NCBI GenBank assembly: GCA_046296075.1
Contig: JBKBMC010000001.1
Span: forward strand, 13,371-77,370
DNA from: Erythrobacter sp.
Lineage (GTDB): Bacteria > Pseudomonadota > Alphaproteobacteria > Sphingomonadales > Sphingomonadaceae
DNA: 64,000 nucleotides
Direction of reading: 5' to 3'
The position numbers and the translations under genes were made by a program. Below, in pieces: positions 58,642 through 64,000 of this stretch (position 1 is the stretch's first letter; each line of letters begins with the position of its first letter). Under the pieces are notes generated by a model, which did not search any database, had not been told where the DNA came from, and saw only the letters and a list, made by a program, of their open reading frames with translations.

Positions 58642-61071
58642 ATGGATGACCTGCTGGCAGAATTCATCGCGGAAACGCGCGAGATGCTTGAAGCGACCGG
58701 GGGCGAGCTTGTCGCCTGGGAAGCCGATCCGGCAGACCGTGCGCGGCTGGATAGCGTGTTCCGGTTCGTACACACCGTCAAAGGCAATTGCGGCTTCTTC
58801 GATTTCCCGCGCCTCGCCGCGCTGAGCCATGCGGCAGAGGATGCGCTGGCAGACCTGCGCGCCGGACGCCGCGAGGCTTCGGCCCCGCTGGTTTCCGCCG
58901 TGCTTGCCATTATTGATCGCATCGCCGCGATGGTGGATGCGATCGAGGCGGGCGACGAACTCGATCATGGCGATGATGCTGTGCTGATCGCTGCACTCGG
59001 CGTCGATCACATGCCTGAAAGCATCGCAGACCCGCCCGAACTGCCCGCTCCGCTGCTGCCCGAACAGGTAATGGCGCGTCGCAGCGACCCGGCGGCGAGT
59101 CTTGCCGCACCCCGCACCATCCGCTTGCCGGTTGAACTGCTCGACCGGGTGATGATCGGCGTGTCCGATATGGTACTGGCGCGCAATGATCTGGCACACC
59201 GGCTGCGCGCTGCGGGCACCCAGCCGACTATTGACGGGCCGTTCGAACGGCTCACTGCCATCCTTTCCGACGTGCGCGATGCGATCACCCGGATGCGGAT
59301 GCAGCGGATCGAAACGCTGTTCGGCGCGCTGCCACGGCTGGTGCGCGACCTGTCGGCTGAACTTGGCAAACAGGTTTTGATCGATCTGGAAGGCGGCAAT
59401 GTCGAGCTTGATCGCGAAATGATCGAGACGATCCGCGATCCGCTCACCCACATCATCCGCAACGCGATTGATCATGGCATTGAGCCTCCCGCCATCCGGC
59501 TTGCTGCCGGCAAGCGCGAGATGGGGTTGCTAACGCTGTCGGCGCACCAATCGGGCAACACCATTGCCATCGTGGTGAGCGATGACGGGCGCGGACTCGA
59601 TGCCGAAAAGATTGCCGCCAAAGCCGAAAGTTCGGGCCTGATCACCGCTTCGGAACGCGCCAGCCTGACCCGCGAAAAAGTGCTGCAACTGATTTTCGAG
59701 CCCGGCTTTTCCACGGCCGAGGCTGTCAGCAATGTATCGGGCCGCGGGGTGGGCCTGGATGTGGTGCGCCAGAATCTCGAAAAGGTCGGCGGCAGCATCG
59801 CAGTATCAAGCCAGCCGGGAGTGGGAACACTTTTCACCCTGCAAATCCCGCTGACGCTGAGCATCATCGCCGGGCTGACAGTCGAGGTCGCAGGCCAGCG
59901 GCTCGCCATCCCCCAGGGTTATATCGAGGAAATCATCGAAGCCTCGGCAGAAGCGCTCGATTACGCGCGGATGGGCGAAACCGCCCTGATCACCTTTCGG
60001 GGCGAGCGCGTGCCCTGCCTTCTGCTCGCCGATGTGCTGGGATTGCCCGCACCCGCGATGACACAAGGCACCCACACGCTCGCGTTGCTGAGGCTGGCCA
60101 GCGGTGATCTGTTCGCGCTCGCGATTGAACGGATCCACAGCCACGGCGATCTGGTGGTCAAGCCGCTTGCCCCGGCAGTGATGAAGTGCGGGCTCTATGC
60201 CGGTTCGGCGCTGCTTGATGATGGCCAGCCGGTGCTGCTGCTGGATGTCACACGCATCGCCGCCGAATATCACCTCGTGTCCGACACCCGCGCCCGCACC
60301 GCGCCGCGCAAGGTGGAAAGCGCGGGCGAGACCGCCCAGAGCGCTGGCCGCGTAATGCTGTTCACCGGGCTGGACGGGCGGCGCGCGGCGATCCGGCTGG
60401 AGCTGGTGCAGCGTATCGAGACGATTTCCAGCAGCGCTATCGACAATTCAGGTGCACGCCCCCGCGCGGTGATCGACGGCGTGATCCTTCCTCTCACAGG
60501 CCTCGGCACCGAGGCGTTGTCACGGCCCAAACTCCGCCTGCTGCGGCTGTCAGACGGCCTGACCGATCTGCTTTACGCGGTGCGCGATATAGAGGATGCG
60601 ACCGAGCTTCCCGCAAGACTTGCACCGGCAGGCGATGATCCCTTGATTGAAGGGTTGGCATTGATCGGCGGGCAGCCTGTCGCTGTACTTGATGCCCATG
60701 CCCTCTTCGCTCGTTTCGGCGATGCACCGCAGCCGGTGGCCCGCCCGCTGTGTCTGCTGCCCGACACTGATTGGGCGCGCAGCATCCTGGGCCCGCTGGT
60801 GGAGGCGGCAGGCTATCGCGTCGCGGAGGATGCCGACAACGATACCGCAGGCGCGCTCACCATTCTCACGGAAGAAATTTACGAAGTCGCCAGCCATCTT
60901 GGGGAATTGCCCGCCGGTCCGATCATCCGGCTGCGCGATCAACCCGACGGCGCGCCCGATTCTCCGAGCATCTACCGCTATGATCGCGATGGATTGTTGA
61001 AAGCACTGCGCGATGTGCGCGACAGCGCGCCGCTCGCTCATGCTGCTGTCAGTGCGGGAGGCACGCGATGA
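58642..61071 (+). CDS. cheA: Chemotaxis histidine kinase
   Basis: HPt FVHTVKG, HIIRNAIDHGIE, DDGRG, SGRGVGLDVV and CheW-like domains. Confidence 0.95.
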   Translation: MDDLLAEFIAETREMLEATGGELVAWEADPADRARLDSVFRFVHTVKGNCGFFDFPRLAALSHAAEDALADLRAGRREASAPLVSAVLAIIDRIAAMVDAIEAGDELDHGDDAVLIAALGVDHMPESIADPPELPAPLLPEQVMARRSDPAASLAAPRTIRLPVELLDRVMIGVSDMVLARNDLAHRLRAAGTQPTIDGPFERLTAILSDVRDAITRMRMQRIETLFGALPRLVRDLSAELGKQVLIDLEGGNVELDREMIETIRDPLTHIIRNAIDHGIEPPAIRLAAGKREMGLLTLSAHQSGNTIAIVVSDDGRGLDAEKIAAKAESSGLITASERASLTREKVLQLIFEPGFSTAEAVSNVSGRGVGLDVVRQNLEKVGGSIAVSSQPGVGTLFTLQIPLTLSIIAGLTVEVAGQRLAIPQGYIEEIIEASAEALDYARMGETALITFRGERVPCLLLADVLGLPAPAMTQGTHTLALLRLASGDLFALAIERIHSHGDLVVKPLAPAVMKCGLYAGSALLDDGQPVLLLDVTRIAAEYHLVSDTRARTAPRKVESAGETAQSAGRVMLFTGLDGRRAAIRLELVQRIETISSSAIDNSGARPRAVIDGVILPLTGLGTEALSRPKLRLLRLSDGLTDLLYAVRDIEDATELPARLAPAGDDPLIEGLALIGGQPVAVLDAHALFARFGDAPQPVARPLCLLPDTDWARSILGPLVEAAGYRVAEDADNDTAGALTILTEEIYEVASHLGELPAGPIIRLRDQPDGAPDSPSIYRYDRDGLLKALRDVRDSAPLAHAAVSAGGTR

Positions 61072-61520
61072 ACGCACTCGTCCTGATGGTCCAGATCGGC
61101 GGGCGACGCTGCGCGATCGCGGCGGAGGATGTGAAATCGGTGATCGATCTCGGCACCATCGCGCCGGTGCCGCGCGCGCCTGCTTTCATTGCGGGAATAA
61201 CCGCGCTGCGCAGCCAGGCGCTGACCGTGATCGATTGCCGCCTTGCTTTAGGCCTGTCGGACGAGGTCTGGCCACGCGACAGCCGCGCCGCGGTGGTCGC
61301 GGTCGACGGGCATACCTATGCACTGATGATCGATGCGATCGAGGATATCACCACCACTCTGAGCGAGCCGGGGCAGATCCCCGGCGGCTTTGGCGAGCAA
61401 TGGTCACGCGCGGCCCATGGCATGATCGAAACGGGGATCGGTCCTGCCCTGCTGCTCAATCTGCCGGCGCTGATTGCCGGGCCGGAAGCGGTCATCAGCA
61501 GAAACGCTCATGCGGCTTAA
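61068..61520 (+). CDS. cheW: Chemotaxis coupling protein
   Basis: PVPRAP..IAGITALRSQ..TVID. Confidence 0.9.
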   Translation: MNALVLMVQIGGRRCAIAAEDVKSVIDLGTIAPVPRAPAFIAGITALRSQALTVIDCRLALGLSDEVWPRDSRAAVVAVDGHTYALMIDAIEDITTTLSEPGQIPGGFGEQWSRAAHGMIETGIGPALLLNLPALIAGPEAVISRNAHAA

Positions 61521-61577
61521 TCCTGTGGTTACACCTCGCGCCCTAGACTGGCGGATGCTTCGAGCAGAGGGGTTTGC

Positions 61578-61943
61578 ATGAAAACGTGCCTGATCGTCGA
61601 TGATTCCCGCGTGATCCGCAAGGTTTCACGGCACATTCTCGAAACCCTCGGCTTTTCCGTGTCCGAGGCCGAGAATGGCCAGATTGCGCTTGATGCCTGC
61701 ATGGCGGCCATGCCCGATGTGGTGCTGCTTGACTGGAATATGCCGGTGATGACGGGCATCGAATTCCTTGTGGCGCTGCGCCAGCGCCCCGGCGGGGACC
61801 GGCCCAAGGTGGTGTTCTGCACCACCGAAAATGATGTCGCCCACATCCGCGAGGCCATTCAGGCGGGGGCGGACGAATATGTGATGAAGCCATTCGATCA
61901 CGAAACACTCCAGATCAAACTGCAGTTGGTCGGCTTTGCGTGA
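61578..61943 (+). CDS. cheY: Chemotaxis response regulator
   Basis: VDDS, LLDWNMP and KPF; single REC domain. Confidence 0.92.
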   Translation: MKTCLIVDDSRVIRKVSRHILETLGFSVSEAENGQIALDACMAAMPDVVLLDWNMPVMTGIEFLVALRQRPGGDRPKVVFCTTENDVAHIREAIQAGADEYVMKPFDHETLQIKLQLVGFA

Positions 61944-63082
61944 GGACAGCGCGATCATCCCTCCAGCCCATCTCGCAGGCGCACCAGCGCCCGCAGAGTG
62001 ACGCGGCGCGTTCTGTCCGGGTGATGATTGTCGATGATTCGCTGACGGTTCGTACAGCGCTCAAGCGGATGGTCGAAAGCGACGCCGCGCTCGCCGTGAC
62101 TGCCACCGCAAGCAGCGCGGAAAGCGCGCTGGCTCAGCTCAGGTCAGAAGTCCCCGATGTTGTGCTGCTCGATCTCGAAATGCCGGGAATGGGCGGGCTC
62201 GACGCGCTGCCCGCGATCCTTGAAATTGCCCCTAAGGCGCAGGTGTTGGTCGTTTCGGCTCTTACCCAGGAAGGCGCCGAAGCGACGCTTGCGGCCCTTG
62301 CGATGGGGGCAGCTGACACCATGCTCAAGCCGCGTCCCGGCGAATTCACCGAAGGTTACCGGGCTTCCCTGATTGACCGGATCCGCGCGCTGGGTGCCAG
62401 CAAGGCACCGACGCATGAGGGCGAGCGGCCGAACCCTGCTGCCAGCACCGTTGCTATGCGCCCGCATCCACAGGTCAGCGCGTTGCCGCAGCTGCGCCCC
62501 GAAGTGATCGCGATCGGCGCTTCGACGGGGGGGATCCATGCGCTTGGCCTGCTGCTGGGCCAGATCGGCCCATCACTGACCCAGCCGATCCTGATCACCC
62601 AGCACTTGCCCGCCTCCTTCATGCCCGTCTTCGCGCGCCAGGTTGAAAACACCTGCGGGCGGCCCACCGTGCTGGCGCATGATGGACTGGTGCTGGTGCC
62701 GTCTCAGGTCGTGATCGCAAGCGGTGAAGGGCACCTTGTAGTCCGCCGTCAAGGCGACGCGCTGGTGGCTGAAGTCTCGAACGCGCCTGCAGCGAGCGGG
62801 TGCCGTCCATCAGTTGATCCGATGTTGGCAAGCCTTGCCGAAACCTGCGGCGCGCGCGCGTTGGCCATTATCCTGTCGGGAATGGGCAGCGACGGGCTGG
62901 CCGGAGCCCGTGCACTTGCCGCCACAGGGGGCACAATCCTTGCCCAGGATGCCGCGAGCAGTGCTGTGTGGGGAATGCCGGGTGTCGTCGTCCGCGCCGG
63001 GCTCGCCCACCTCATCGCCGCGCCCGATGCGCTTGGCCAAGCCCTGATGGCCAGCGCCGCCCCGGCGCGTGCCGTGAATTGA
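61940..63082 (+). CDS. cheB: Chemotaxis methylesterase
   Basis: REC domain plus GASTGG, TQH and SGMGSDG triad. Confidence 0.95.
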   Translation: MRTARSSLQPISQAHQRPQSDAARSVRVMIVDDSLTVRTALKRMVESDAALAVTATASSAESALAQLRSEVPDVVLLDLEMPGMGGLDALPAILEIAPKAQVLVVSALTQEGAEATLAALAMGAADTMLKPRPGEFTEGYRASLIDRIRALGASKAPTHEGERPNPAASTVAMRPHPQVSALPQLRPEVIAIGASTGGIHALGLLLGQIGPSLTQPILITQHLPASFMPVFARQVENTCGRPTVLAHDGLVLVPSQVVIASGEGHLVVRRQGDALVAEVSNAPAASGCRPSVDPMLASLAETCGARALAIILSGMGSDGLAGARALAATGGTILAQDAASSAVWGMPGVVVRAGLAHLIAAPDALGQALMASAAPARAVN

Positions 63083-63102
63083 CGCGCGAGGCCGATAGCA
63101 TC

Positions 63103-63966
63103 ATGGAACCGAGCCCCGCCGCCCTCCAGATCATCGCCGATTTGCTGACGATGCACACCGGGCAGGAACTCACCGAAAGCCGGCGCTGGCGCGTTGGCTC
63201 GGCGCTCGCCGGGCTGTTCCGCGAATATGGAATAACCAATGTGGAACAACTGGTCTGCCTGCTGGATCAGCAGCCGGGAGCCCAGCCAAGCCAAGAGCTG
63301 ACCCGCAGGGTGGTCGAGGCGCTACTTAACAACGAGACGTATTTCTTCCGCGACAAGCCGACCTTCGATCAGCTGCCCAACGCCATCCTGCCCGCGCTCG
63401 CCCGCCGCCGCGCCAGCACGCGCCGCCTGTCGATCTGGTCGGCAGGATGTTCGACCGGGCAAGAGGTCTATTCGCTGGCGATGCTATTTGCCGAGCAGCG
63501 CGAGAGGTGGGACGGCTGGTCAATCGAGATCCTCGGCACGGATGTCTCGCACAGGGCAATCGCAGCGGCACGGGCCGGGCGTTTCAGCCAGTTCGAAGTG
63601 CAGCGCGGGCTGAGCGTCATGCAGATGCTGAACCACTTCGACGAACAGGACGGTGGCTGGCAGATCCGTGATGAAACCCGCGCCTTCACCCGTTTCGAGC
63701 AGCACAACATTCTGGAGCAATGGCAGGGCCGCAAAACTTTCGATCTGATCTTGTGCCGCAATGTCCTGCTCTACTTCAACCAGCAGACGCGCACCCATAC
63801 CTTCGCCCGCCTTGCCGAAGCGCTCGCGAGCGACGGGTTCCTTATGCTCGGCGCGGGCGAGACCGTTGCGGGGCAGACTGATCAGTTCATCCCTTCGGCC
63901 CAACTGATCGGCCTGTTCCAGCCGCGTGCACCACTGGCCATGATGCAGCTGGCCGCAGCAGAGTAA
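63103..63966 (+). CDS. cheR: Chemotaxis methyltransferase
   Basis: NETYFFRD, IWSAGCSTGQE and CRNVLLYF. Confidence 0.95.
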   Translation: MEPSPAALQIIADLLTMHTGQELTESRRWRVGSALAGLFREYGITNVEQLVCLLDQQPGAQPSQELTRRVVEALLNNETYFFRDKPTFDQLPNAILPALARRRASTRRLSIWSAGCSTGQEVYSLAMLFAEQRERWDGWSIEILGTDVSHRAIAAARAGRFSQFEVQRGLSVMQMLNHFDEQDGGWQIRDETRAFTRFEQHNILEQWQGRKTFDLILCRNVLLYFNQQTRTHTFARLAEALASDGFLMLGAGETVAGQTDQFIPSAQLIGLFQPRAPLAMMQLAAAE

Positions 63967-63984
63967 GCGCGACGGCCAGTCTCG

Positions 63985-64000
63985 TTTACTCAGTCTTAAC
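63985..64000. promoter_or_regulatory. CtrA-like site at the window end
   Basis: TTTA-CTCAGTC-TTAAC, one mismatch to TTAA-N7-TTAAC. Confidence 0.5.

Noticed and set aside
61517-61532. TTAA-N8-TTAC before cheY as a CtrA site
   Set aside because: Spacing is 8 rather than 7, and the TTAA includes the cheW stop codon.
1-64000. CRISPR array, IS elements, prophage
   Set aside because: No regularly spaced repeats and no transposase, integrase or phage structural genes were recognised.

Overview
High-GC chromosomal segment, most likely from an alphaproteobacterium of the Sphingomonadales/Erythrobacteraceae type (inferred from gene content and order). It is mostly core genome: clpXP, tig, der, bfr/bfd, pyrB with a pseudo-pyrC, sppA, serS-surE, rimO, tilS-cpoB-rodZ-ptsP, an rcdA-like gene, glpK, nadA, lipB, a cheAWYBR operon, two tRNAs (Leu-TAG, Val-CAC) and two TonB-dependent receptors. 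No integrase, transposase, prophage or CRISPR array was seen. Four things stand out. (1) An orphan ParA ATPase and an RHH-like partner lie between two SPOR-domain envelope proteins behind a CtrA-like box, a candidate uncharacterised positioning or division module. (2) serS carries a ~45-aa, ~50% GC in-frame insert in its catalytic domain. (3) A lower-GC LOG+Nudix gene pair is bracketed by imperfect direct repeats and hairpins, like a cassette. (4) A SigK/RskA/fasciclin module has two CU-loop hairpins in its 3' region that resemble a 'cuckoo' sRNA. All calls come from reading motifs by eye; no database searches were run.
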